Counted from the stretch's first letter, positions 36,769 to 45,043 are shown. The stretch is 64,000 bases of DNA from Thermodesulfobacteriota bacterium (GCA_036794995.1 DAIRFP010000001.1:25549-89548); one strand, 5' to 3'. Made by a program: numbers and translations. Notes: a model not told the origin generated them from the sequence alone.

Positions 36769-38236
36769 GCGCTTGCAACCGGCTGCTCCCCGGCTGCTGT
36801 TTGAGAGCGGATCGTCGGGACGGAGTGCTTTCTATTGGCCAGATGGGGATGACCAAGGCCAAGGAAACATCCCGGAGACGCTATTGCGGCACGATATCCC
36901 TGGGTTTCCCGAATTGGGGGAGTTGGAAGTGTTGCGCCACTTCACGCGCCTCTCGCAGCGAAATTTCGCTATCGAAAGCCAGTTCTATCCCTTGGGTTCT
37001 TGTACGATGAAATATAATCCCAAGGTCAATGAAGTAGCGGCGCGACTTCCTGGATTTGCGCAAATTCATCCGTTGGCTCCCGTCGAGGTGCTGCAAGGGG
37101 CCATGGAGTTGCTCTACGATCTGGAGCGAATGCTCTTGGAAATCTGCGGGATGGACTCCGTGAGCTTGCAGCCATCGGCGGGCGCCCAGGGCGAGCTAAC
37201 CGGGTTGATGCTGATTCGCGCCTGTCTAGCTGAAAGAGGAAATCCTCGCAAGAAAATCATCGTCCCGGACACGGCGCACGGAACCAACCCTGCGAGCTCA
37301 ACGTTGTGCGGCTATGATGTCGTGCAAATTTCCTCCACCGCCCAAGGCGTGATCGACCCGGCGACGATCGCAAAAGTGATGGATGAGCAGGTCGCCGCGT
37401 TGATGATTACGAATCCCAACACACTGGGGCTGTTCGAAAAGGACATTGAGGCGATTGCTGAGGTCGTCCATGGAAAGGGTGGCTTGGTGTATCTCGATGG
37501 CGCGAATCTCAACGCGCTTATGGGCGTTGCGAAGCCCGGTCACATGGGTGTCGACGTGCTTCATATGAACCTCCACAAGACATTCTCCACACCCCATGGC
37601 GGCGGCGGTCCAGGTGCCGGGCCGGTTGCGGTTAAGAAGATGCTGTCCGACTATCTGCCTGTGCCACGGATCGCTAAGAACGCCGGCACCTTTTACTTGC
37701 AGGAGCGTTGTCCTAAAACGATCGGCCGCGTGCGCTCGTTTTTTGGCAATTTTGGAATCTTGGTCCGAGCCTACACCTACATTATCTCGATAGGAGGGAA
37801 TGGTCTCGAGGAGTCAAGCCGCATGGCGCTCCTCAACGCCAACTATATTCGCAAGCGGTTGGAAAAGAGTTATCAGCTTGCTTACAATGAGCCCTGCATG
37901 CACGAGTGCATTTTTACGGACCGGCTGCAGCATAAGCACGGTATTAGTACACTTGATATTGCAAAGCGGCTTTTGGATTACGATTTCCATCCACCAACGA
38001 TCTATTTCCCCTTGGTCGTTTCAGGCGCGCTGATGATTGAACCTACGGAAACCGAGACCCCCGAAACTTTGGACGCGTTTGTTGAGGCCATGCTTGCCAT
38101 CGCGCGGGAAGCCGAAGAGACTCCCGAAGTCGTCAAAGCCGCCCCTCACTCAACGCCGGTAAGGCGCCTTGATGAAGCCAGAGCGGCGCGAAGGCAGATT
38201 TTGAGATGGGAGCCGACGCATGGGAAAGCCGAATGA
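36746..38236 (+). CDS. gcvPB: Glycine dehydrogenase (decarboxylating) subunit 2
   Basis: 496 aa containing the PLP-lysine region NLHKTFSTPHGGGGPG. Start is TTG 36746 or GTG 36761, overlapping the gcvPA stop. Confidence 0.95.
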   Translation: MSEVSVGRRLQPAAPRLLFESGSSGRSAFYWPDGDDQGQGNIPETLLRHDIPGFPELGELEVLRHFTRLSQRNFAIESQFYPLGSCTMKYNPKVNEVAARLPGFAQIHPLAPVEVLQGAMELLYDLERMLLEICGMDSVSLQPSAGAQGELTGLMLIRACLAERGNPRKKIIVPDTAHGTNPASSTLCGYDVVQISSTAQGVIDPATIAKVMDEQVAALMITNPNTLGLFEKDIEAIAEVVHGKGGLVYLDGANLNALMGVAKPGHMGVDVLHMNLHKTFSTPHGGGGPGAGPVAVKKMLSDYLPVPRIAKNAGTFYLQERCPKTIGRVRSFFGNFGILVRAYTYIISIGGNGLEESSRMALLNANYIRKRLEKSYQLAYNEPCMHECIFTDRLQHKHGISTLDIAKRLLDYDFHPPTIYFPLVVSGALMIEPTETETPETLDAFVEAMLAIAREAEETPEVVKAAPHSTPVRRLDEARAARRQILRWEPTHGKAE

Positions 38237-38283
38237 TTTGTGGATTCTGTCGTTCCGGTGCGGATGACCGAATTGCCGTCGGT

Positions 38284-39120
38284 CTAACGCATGTAACGGT
38301 AGTTTAGGCGGTTGTCCAAGTACTCGAAGCTCGCGACTATATCGATGCGATTTCTGCCAATCCAGGGTGGTATAGCGCCAAATGGAGCAGCCGCCTTGAC
38401 CGCCCGCAGGGCTTCCTCATCGAGCAAGTTGGACCCGGAAGAGCGGACAATTTTTGCGCTCTCAAGGTCCCCGTTGCCGAGGATGGAGAACTCCAATAAG
38501 AGTCTTCCCTGAAGGCCATACCTGAGTGCCAGTTCTGGATATTGCCACACGACTTCGATGGCCCGTTTGATGCTGTTAAAGTAGGTTACATATTGAGGAT
38601 CTTTTGTATCCAACCGAACGGGTCCGTCGCTCCCGCGAGTTCTCGCGTCGGCCGACCAGCCTACTGGCGGGAGTAATTCTTTGAGCGTCGGTAGCGGCCG
38701 CTCGGCGAAAATTGCCCGGTCGGGGATTGGTTCTCGTACAGGAGGACGCGCTTCTTGACGAGCTGGCTCTTTTTCTTCAGGACTCTCTAGCGGGCTCGCG
38801 GTCTTGTCTCGCGCGGTCTTTTCGCGGACGGGTTTTTCCCGTAGGAGGGGCGTGTTTTTCTTTGCAACCTGGACAGGTGCTTTCGAAGGTCGGCGCGGTG
38901 TTGCTCTTGGAGCGGGCGATGGTTTTGTTTGGCTCTCCTCGGGCTGTGGCGGGAGCAGTGAAACGGCGATCGTTTCCGGACTGATGGTTCGGTTCACGGG
39001 CTGCTGCCACAGCAGCAGCAAAATAACGTGAATGGTCAGCGAAGCGACAAAGAAGCGCAGCAACGGAGTATTCAGATAAGCCACGGGAATAGTGTACTTC
39101 ACGCCCCGTGGGCGGAGCAA
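38284..39120 (-). CDS. TonB-family energy transducer (TonB C-terminal domain protein)
   Basis: N-terminal TM helix, a Pro/Lys-rich spacer and a C-terminal TonB_C-like block (GRLLLEFSILGNGDLESAKIVRSSGSNLLDEEALRAV). Exact start uncertain. Confidence 0.75.
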   Translation of the reverse strand: MLRPRGVKYTIPVAYLNTPLLRFFVASLTIHVILLLLWQQPVNRTISPETIAVSLLPPQPEESQTKPSPAPRATPRRPSKAPVQVAKKNTPLLREKPVREKTARDKTASPLESPEEKEPARQEARPPVREPIPDRAIFAERPLPTLKELLPPVGWSADARTRGSDGPVRLDTKDPQYVTYFNSIKRAIEVVWQYPELALRYGLQGRLLLEFSILGNGDLESAKIVRSSGSNLLDEEALRAVKAAAPFGAIPPWIGRNRIDIVASFEYLDNRLNYRYMR

Positions 39121-39177
39121 ATAAGAGGTTGCAAATCGAACACAGGCTCAATTAGGATTATACCAAAAGGGGGATGC

Positions 39178-39372
39178 ATGTTTGGTCTGGGATTGGGGGA
39201 GTTGCTGGCAATTTTGCTGGTTATCATCGTGCTGTTCAATCGTCGATTGCCTGACCTCGGCCAGAGTTTTGGTAGCGCGATCCGAAACTTTCGGAAGGCA
39301 GTCAAGGCATCCGACGAGATCGATATCACGCCGCCAACAGATGAGCCCGGCGCCACGGGCAAGAAAGATTGA
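39178..39372 (+). CDS. tatA: Twin-arginine translocase subunit TatA/E
   Basis: 64 aa (MFGLGLGELLAILLVIIVLFNRRLPDLGQSFGSAIRNFRKA) with TM plus amphipathic helix. AAAGGGGGA SD upstream. Confidence 0.9.
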   Translation: MFGLGLGELLAILLVIIVLFNRRLPDLGQSFGSAIRNFRKAVKASDEIDITPPTDEPGATGKKD

Positions 39373-39377
39373 CTGGC

Positions 39378-40394
39378 CTAAGCTTGACCTTCCACCGCCA
39401 CGACAGCGCAGCTAAAGTCCTTGATTCCTTTCGTTGATTTGAGAAAGACAATCGTGAACGGAATCGAATCTCCCGGCGGCATTTCGAAAGTCTTCAACGG
39501 TTTGAGCCGTTGGAGGTCGGAAATATCCTGCGCCGTCATGCCCCGGATGATTCTCGGCGAAATGGCATTGCCGATCCAGATCGTTTGCTGCTCGATCTCC
39601 TTTCCCTCCAGATTGTAGAGTTGTCCGGCGATCCGAACCTCCCGGATGGCAACCGGGTTCTGGTTATAGGCTACACCCGTGACGACGAAGACTTCTCGGT
39701 TGCCTTGGATTGTTTGATGGCCAGCCTGTAGTGATTGGAGCGCCATGCCGTCTTTTAGATGATTGTCCTTGAGCACGGACATTCCGATTAAGGGGATCCC
39801 TTTTATAATGCGTTCCGAGGCCTCCCCATGGACCCGATGCAGGGCGGTCACGAATGCAAATGAGATGAGGAGGAGGCCGAAAAGCATCAGATAAGGTAGC
39901 GTAGAAGCAGGCTGGTCACGGTAGGGATCCAGGGACAGAATGTTATCTGTCGCTTCCCGGGCCATTGGCAGTGGTTGCGATGGCGATTCTTCAGATGGAA
40001 TGCTACCCGCAGGTTCCATCACTTCCTTTTTTTCCTCGCCATCCCGGCGTCTCGGGGCAGTTAACGGTTTCCCCGGCTTTGATTCGCTGGAATTCATTGA
40101 CCCGATCTCGGATTGAGTGCTGGTGGCCGGCAACGGTTCCCCAAAGTTTCTCTGGCTTTGAGTTTTTTTGTACTCGTTTGATGGAAAAGTAAAGCTCAAT
40201 TCCTCATCGGCCTCCGTTTTGGAAAGAGCCTTCTCTGAGCGGTGGGATCTGTCCGCCGGTTGCTCCACCGCTGCGGCTGGTTCAGCCTCGAATGTATGTT
40301 TGCATCTGGAGCAACGGAATACCGGTGTAGTATCTTTAAGGACTTCGTCGGCTACTCTGTATGCGGTCTTGCAACTGGGACAGCGAACAATCAT
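39378..40394 (-). CDS. MJ0042-type zinc-ribbon protein with a TM segment and DUF3426-like C-terminal domain
   Basis: MIVRCPSCKTAYRV...FRCSRCKHTFE N-terminal zinc finger, a low-complexity linker, one TM helix and a beta-rich C-domain. Confidence 0.65.
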   Translation of the reverse strand: MIVRCPSCKTAYRVADEVLKDTTPVFRCSRCKHTFEAEPAAAVEQPADRSHRSEKALSKTEADEELSFTFPSNEYKKTQSQRNFGEPLPATSTQSEIGSMNSSESKPGKPLTAPRRRDGEEKKEVMEPAGSIPSEESPSQPLPMAREATDNILSLDPYRDQPASTLPYLMLFGLLLISFAFVTALHRVHGEASERIIKGIPLIGMSVLKDNHLKDGMALQSLQAGHQTIQGNREVFVVTGVAYNQNPVAIREVRIAGQLYNLEGKEIEQQTIWIGNAISPRIIRGMTAQDISDLQRLKPLKTFEMPPGDSIPFTIVFLKSTKGIKDFSCAVVAVEGQA

Positions 40395-40555
40395 AAATGA
40401 GTCCTTCAGGAGAGGTTGGGTGCGAAAATGCAAGAAAATCAAGGTGATTGTAGGGGAATTTGCGAGAAATTCAAGGTTCTGACACTAACTCATTGCGTGC
40501 GCGTGATAAACGCTGAATAAATCGCGACCGGGTACGTCCAATAAGTAGGGTTATT

Positions 40556-41110
40556 GTGGAGTTAAGCGACTCGGAGCTGGTCCTGAAATGTCAGGCTGGA
40601 GAAATAGATGCGTTCCAGGAGCTGGTCTTGCGATACCAGCAAAAAATTTTCATCGTCATCGTCGGATTACTTCGTAATCGTGAGGACGCCATGGAAGTTG
40701 CCCAAGAGGCTTTTTTTCGAGCCTATAGAAAGATCAAGAGCTTTCAAGGGGGTTCTTCGTTCTATACCTGGCTTTACCGCATAGCCGTAAACCTAGCGAT
40801 CGATTCCCAGCGAAAGCAGAAAAGGACCCCACTGGACTTCCGAGATACCATGGATGGACTCTTTGAGGAGCAAAATGAAGTTGCCAAGGATCCGTTCTCA
40901 GATGTTCAAGATCGAGAGCTGAGGGAGAAGCTAGTTTCCGCAATTAACGATTTGACTCCAGAACATAAGGCCGTCATCATACTCAGAACCATAGAAGGTC
41001 TCTCCTATAGAGATATCGGTGAGATTTTGGGCTGCTCGGAAGGCACGGTAATGAGCCGGCTTCATTACGCAAGAAAAAAACTTCAGCAAAAGTTAAGCGG
41101 GTTTCTGTGA
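40556..41110 (+). CDS. ECF-type RNA polymerase sigma-70 factor
   Basis: 184 aa with region 2 (FYTWLYRIAVNLAIDSQRK) and region 4 (LSYRDIGEILGCSEGTVMSRLHYARKKL). GTG start. Confidence 0.9.
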   Translation: MELSDSELVLKCQAGEIDAFQELVLRYQQKIFIVIVGLLRNREDAMEVAQEAFFRAYRKIKSFQGGSSFYTWLYRIAVNLAIDSQRKQKRTPLDFRDTMDGLFEEQNEVAKDPFSDVQDRELREKLVSAINDLTPEHKAVIILRTIEGLSYRDIGEILGCSEGTVMSRLHYARKKLQQKLSGFL

Positions 41111-41640
41111 GAAACTGCGAAGACATAAGAGAGTCGCTGGGGGTATGGCTCGATGGTGAGTTGAGCTTAGCGGATGCCGAAGTGATTCGCCTGCACTTGG
41201 AGAACTGCGCAGCGTGCGACGAACAGCGACGCCAATGGGTAAAATTGGATGTTTCGCTCAAGAGTCTTACGGAGTCGAATGTCCGGCAGGTGGACTTCGA
41301 ACCTTTTTGGCGCGGAGTACAAGAACGGATTGCAAAACAGCGGGCATGGCATACGGAACTCCTGGAATGGTTTCATTCTGCGTTTGCCGGGCCGGGACTG
41401 GCTTGGGCCGTGCCCGCGGTGATCCTTATTATCATCGGCGTGCTTTCGTTCGATTCGTTTTGGAAGCTCAGGGGCCAACGAAATAACTTTTCAGCGGTCG
41501 AATCTATTGATGCTCACGGGCGGAACGTTGCGCTACTGCGTGAAGATGAAACAAAAACCACTGTCATTTGGCTGTATCAGAATCAAGAAGGTGAAGATGA
41601 ATCTTCCGGGGAGAATGTTGAAACGAGCCCTGCTTTTTAG
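41107..41640 (+). CDS. Anti-sigma factor (zf-HC2 type, single TM)
   Basis: N-terminal C...H...C..C signature (CEDIRESLGVWLDGEL...HLENCAACDEQ) and a central TM helix. GTGA overlap with the sigma-factor stop. Confidence 0.8.
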   Translation: MRNCEDIRESLGVWLDGELSLADAEVIRLHLENCAACDEQRRQWVKLDVSLKSLTESNVRQVDFEPFWRGVQERIAKQRAWHTELLEWFHSAFAGPGLAWAVPAVILIIIGVLSFDSFWKLRGQRNNFSAVESIDAHGRNVALLREDETKTTVIWLYQNQEGEDESSGENVETSPAF

Positions 41641-42064
41641 TTCTCTGATCTGTTTCGTAGCGGCGTTCTCTCACGGCGCGGAAAGCGACTCGCAAACAGT
41701 ACGCGTCAGGATTGGGACGATCCTAGCCAGTAATCAAAGCGACGAAATCGACCCCAGGTTGAATGCTATGAAAAATCAGTTGAAGGTAATGAAATATCGT
41801 TCTTATCGGTTACTCAAAGAGGAAACTAAGAATGTGTCTTGGCAAGGGAACGCCGCATTTGATATTCCCGGCGGGCGGTCTTTAGTTGTAACCCCTCAGG
41901 AGTTTCGGAACAAGCAGCTGGCCTTAAAAGTGCGCTTACAGCACGGAGATAAACCCGTCGTGGACACAATCGTGCGCCTGAACAATGGCGGGAATTTTTT
42001 GCTCGGCGGGCCCCAACATGAAGGTGGGGTCTTGGTCCTATCGATCTCAGCAGCCGCTCAATAG
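41597..42064 (+). CDS. Secreted hypothetical protein, third gene of the ECF module
   Basis: 155 aa from the ATG at 41597 with a signal peptide (MNLPGRMLKRALLFSSLICFVAAFSHGA). Overlaps the anti-sigma 3' end by 44 nt. Confidence 0.5.
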   Translation: MNLPGRMLKRALLFSSLICFVAAFSHGAESDSQTVRVRIGTILASNQSDEIDPRLNAMKNQLKVMKYRSYRLLKEETKNVSWQGNAAFDIPGGRSLVVTPQEFRNKQLALKVRLQHGDKPVVDTIVRLNNGGNFLLGGPQHEGGVLVLSISAAAQ

Positions 42065-42251
42065 ATCGGTCTGCTCGATCAAATTCGCTCGATAGGCTTC
42101 ACCACTAGGTTTTTGAGGCTTAACCTCTGCTTGCCTAGCATTGAGTTCCTGCGCTTCTGATCCCAGTGCTGCTGTAACAGGGAAAGCCTCATTGTTAAAA
42201 CCCCCATCGAATCGCTTTGCCAGGCTGCATTGGCTTTTGTGCTTATCCCCA

Positions 42252-43253
42252 CTATATTGAGAATTTGAGATTTCCGACCGCCATCCGGTCACGCCAACCA
42301 ACCCAAAGATTCGTGCTCAGATATTTGTCGCCGAAATCAGGAAATACCGTGACTAACGTGCCGGTGCGGAGTTTGCGCGCGACTTTCAAGGTGGCAAACA
42401 TGGCTGCTCCGGATGACTGACCCACTAGAACTCCTTCTTCCTGACTCAAGCGATAAACCATTGCATAGGCGTCTTCAGTGGCAACAGGGATCTTTTCGTC
42501 CAACTCTTCTTCGTGGTATATCCCAGGCACGATGGAACTAGCCATGTGCTTGAGACCTTCCAGGCCATGAAGCGAGTCGTCAGGTTCCACGGCGAGAATC
42601 TTGATATTTGGATTTACCTCCTTGAAATATCGGCCCGTGCCCATAACCGTTCCGCCTGTGCCAATCCCCGCAATGAAGTGCGTAATCTGTTGCTGCGTTT
42701 GCCGATAGATTTCCGGACCTGTGGTTTCATAATGAGCCTGGGGATTCATCGGATTGAAATATTGATCTGGCTTGAAATAACGCTCAGGGTTTTCTTCGAG
42801 AATTTTTCTACATAGGCGAATGGCGCCATCCGAGCCTTCTAATGGGTCGCTAAAAACGATCTTTGCCCCGTAGGCAGTTATGATCTGTTTGCGTTCCCTG
42901 CTCACGTTTTCCGGAACGACTAACTCCACCGAATAACCGAGGACGCAACCGATCATGGCAAGGGCGATTCCGGTGTTTCCCGAGCTGGAATCCAAGATCG
43001 TTTTATCCGGTCGTAGCTTTCCTGAGCGAATTCCTTCCTGCACCATTCTCAGTGCGGCGCGATCCTTAACCGATCCGCCCGGATTAAAACCTTCCAATTT
43101 TGCATAGACCCGCACGCTTGCAGGGAGGCCTTCGGTGAGCTTGCGAATTTCGAGTAAGGGGGTATCGCCGATCAAATCCAGCACTGACTCGACTTTCCTG
43201 GGCTCCTTTGACGGGACCGGAACGAGGCGAAGAAGTGGAGTCGTTTGTGCCAT
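42252..43253 (-). CDS. cysM: CysM/CysK-family PLP-dependent sulfhydrylase (CysO-thiocarboxylate-dependent cysteine synthase-like)
   Basis: 333 aa with PLP-lysine motif GGSVKDR and SSGNTG. The start ATG overlaps the stop of the upstream CysO-like gene by 1 nt (TGATG). Confidence 0.85.
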   Translation of the reverse strand: MAQTTPLLRLVPVPSKEPRKVESVLDLIGDTPLLEIRKLTEGLPASVRVYAKLEGFNPGGSVKDRAALRMVQEGIRSGKLRPDKTILDSSSGNTGIALAMIGCVLGYSVELVVPENVSRERKQIITAYGAKIVFSDPLEGSDGAIRLCRKILEENPERYFKPDQYFNPMNPQAHYETTGPEIYRQTQQQITHFIAGIGTGGTVMGTGRYFKEVNPNIKILAVEPDDSLHGLEGLKHMASSIVPGIYHEEELDEKIPVATEDAYAMVYRLSQEEGVLVGQSSGAAMFATLKVARKLRTGTLVTVFPDFGDKYLSTNLWVGWRDRMAVGNLKFSI

Positions 43254-43558
43254 CAGCGCCTCTGCCTCTGTGCGGGCGTTTGCAGTCCCCCGGCGATCGC
43301 CGGGACAATCGCGATGTTATCACCCTCTTTTAACGCTGTTTCCAGGTTTTGTAGAAAACGGATATCGTCACCGTTGACGTAAACGTTTACAAAGCGGCGG
43401 ATCTTGCCGGTTTCATCGCAGATTCGTTCTTTAATACCAGGGAAATTCTTCTCCAGGTCTTCGACCATCGTCTTAACATTGATGCCTTGCGCGCTGACCT
43501 CGTCGGCACCTTGAGTGAACTTTCTAAGCGGAGTGGGTACGCGAACTCGTACTGGCAT
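43253..43558 (-). CDS. cysO: MoaD/ThiS-family sulfur-carrier protein, CysO-like, with a 10-aa extension after the Gly-Gly
   Basis: 101 aa with ...RRFVNVYVNGDDIRF...GDNIAIVPAIAGG followed by LQTPAQRQRR and the stop. Pattern strongly resembles mycobacterial CysO (from memory). AAGGAGG SD upstream. Confidence 0.8.
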   Translation of the reverse strand: MPVRVRVPTPLRKFTQGADEVSAQGINVKTMVEDLEKNFPGIKERICDETGKIRRFVNVYVNGDDIRFLQNLETALKEGDNIAIVPAIAGGLQTPAQRQRR

Positions 43559-43760
43559 AGGGAGCCTCCTTCGAATCTATCGAGAAATCACTTGATGAAT
43601 TGCGCATCCATGTCGTTCTAATAAGATAAACTCTCGTCTTGTTCCTTGCAAACCTCCACCCTCCAAGACGCGATCCGTCTAACTAGCCGCCGCGCGTGCT
43701 GTCGCTGTTGGACTAAGCTGCTGGCAAAGTTTATCGAAGTTTTCGAGAGTCGCACGGATG

Positions 43761-44013
43761 CTAAAAGGGCTTTTCGAGGGGTGTAAAGCCGGAATACAGA
43801 CCAACCTGTGGTTCCCCATCGATGGCAAGCAGTTCTCCATAGCACCATAGGTTTTTGCCGCGGGAGGTGATTTTTTCCCGACTGATGTATGACTTGTTGC
43901 TATCGTAGTCACAGATTATTTCCGAGGGTCCAAGCAGGTTTCACATACGTGAGTGGCTGCTTCGGAGCGTCCTGCCCGCACTCTCTGCATTGAAGTCCTA
44001 GGACAAAACTCAT
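43761..44013 (-). pseudogene. Threonine-synthase-like (ThrC/MetM-like) N-terminal remnant, frameshifted and truncated
   Basis: ATG at 44013 has a GAAAGGAG SD. Three frames in succession read MSFVLGLQCRECGQDAPKQPLTYV / VCETC / LGPSEIICDYDSNKSYISREKITSRGKNLWCYGELLAIDGEPQVGLYSGFTPLEKPF*. This is the zinc-ribbon plus LWRY..LLP...GxTPL pattern of long-type ThrC N-termini. Only about 480 nt separate the flanking genes. Confidence 0.65.
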
Positions 44014-44041
44014 TGGGGTACTCCTTTCACTGATTTCGATC

Positions 44042-44833
44042 CTAGGTGCTGGTGGCAGGCGATTTTGTCGCGGATTCGACACCGCAGGCCAGGCAATGGG
44101 CGTCTCTGCTGACATTCACGACGTAAAACTTCATCCATCTCGCGTCGAACGTGAGCAATCGATCCGTCAGCAACCCTTCTTCGAAGCCGGCGAGATACTT
44201 AATTGCTTCGATTGCCTGGATCGAACCCACGGTCCCTGCGACGGCGCCGAGTATACCGGCTTGCTGGCAACTCAAGATTTCTTCGAGCGGAGGTGGTTGC
44301 CCGAAGAAACATCGATAGCAGGCGCTTTTTCCAGGTACGACTGTCATGGTCTGCCCTTGCAGCCGAACGATTCCAGCATGCGAAAAGGCAATGCCCAGAG
44401 CCACAGCAATGTCGTTGACTAGAAATTTTGTCGCGAAGTTGTCGCTGCCGTCAACAATGAAATCGTAACCTGAAAGGATTGCGGCTGCGTTGTCCGGTTC
44501 GACCCGAGCGGCATAGGTTACGACTTCCACGTCGGGGTTCAGGAGGCTAATTTTTTCTTTGGCGGAGTCCACCTTGCGCCGGTCCCGGTCAGACGTCGTG
44601 TGCAAGATTTGTCTCTGCAAATTGGATAACTCCACGTGATCGGGATCGACCAAGCCGAGGGTGCCGACACCAGCGGCGGCTAGATAGAGCGCTGCCGGAG
44701 AGCCGAGTCCACCGGCTCCGACGACCAAAACGCGAGCTTGCCGAAGCCGGACCTGTGCTTTCCCACCCAGATCGGGAATCATGATCTGCCTGCTGTATCG
44801 CTCAATTTGGTCTGTGGTAAGGCGAATGCTCAT
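44042..44833 (-). CDS. ThiF/MoeB/HesA-family E1-like adenylyltransferase (no rhodanese domain)
   Basis: 263 aa with RYSRQI, the nucleotide motif VVGAGGLGSPAALYLAAAGVG, and two CxxC pairs (CYRC, CLAC). Confidence 0.9.
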   Translation of the reverse strand: MSIRLTTDQIERYSRQIMIPDLGGKAQVRLRQARVLVVGAGGLGSPAALYLAAAGVGTLGLVDPDHVELSNLQRQILHTTSDRDRRKVDSAKEKISLLNPDVEVVTYAARVEPDNAAAILSGYDFIVDGSDNFATKFLVNDIAVALGIAFSHAGIVRLQGQTMTVVPGKSACYRCFFGQPPPLEEILSCQQAGILGAVAGTVGSIQAIEAIKYLAGFEEGLLTDRLLTFDARWMKFYVVNVSRDAHCLACGVESATKSPATST

Positions 44834-44847
44834 TTTGCTATTCCGGC

Positions 44848-44884
44848 AAAAAAAGCCTCTTCCCCTAGGATAAGAAGAGGCTTT
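44848..44884 (-). terminator. Intrinsic terminator (expression platform of the S-box-like leader)
   Basis: Minus strand reads AAAGCCUCUUC-UUAUCCUAGGG-GAAGAGGCUUU followed by more U (U7 run in total). It ends 14 nt before the thiF/moeB ATG. Confidence 0.75.
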
Positions 44885-44890
44885 ACCTCA

Positions 44891-44991
44891 CCTTATCTTT
44901 TGCCCCGGTAAGAGGCGGGTTGGAATTAGCACCAGCGTTTCGTCTTCCGGAACCGGTTGCTGTGACTTCGCTGGGGCCGCTCTGGATAAGG
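44891..44991 (-). promoter_or_regulatory. SAM-I clan (S-box)-like riboswitch aptamer
   Basis: Minus strand reads CCUUAUCCAGAGCGGCCCCAGCGAAGUCACAGCAACCGG...CGCUGGUGCUAAUUCCAACCCGCCUCUUACCGGGGCAAAAGAUAAGG. Hallmarks are CUUAUC/GAUAAG (P1), AGAG, GCAACC/GGUGC (P3) and AAUUCC. The P2 region is atypically short. Confidence 0.6.
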
Positions 44992-45014
44992 TGTCCAGAT
45001 GTTGCTAGACGCTT

Positions 45015-45043
45015 AAGCTATCGTAGCAGCCAAGGTGTGTCAA
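45015..45043 (-). promoter_or_regulatory. Candidate sigma70-type promoter for the S-box-like leader
   Basis: Minus strand TTGACA (45038-45043), 17 nt, TAGCTT (45015-45020). About 25 nt upstream of the P1 5' strand. Confidence 0.4.

Noticed and set aside
43618-43912. Two ORFs of 76 and 77 aa (43618..43848 and 43679..43912) between thiF and cysO
   Set aside because: They are explained as out-of-frame readings of the decayed threonine-synthase-like remnant. The ThrC-like signal runs through a third frame.
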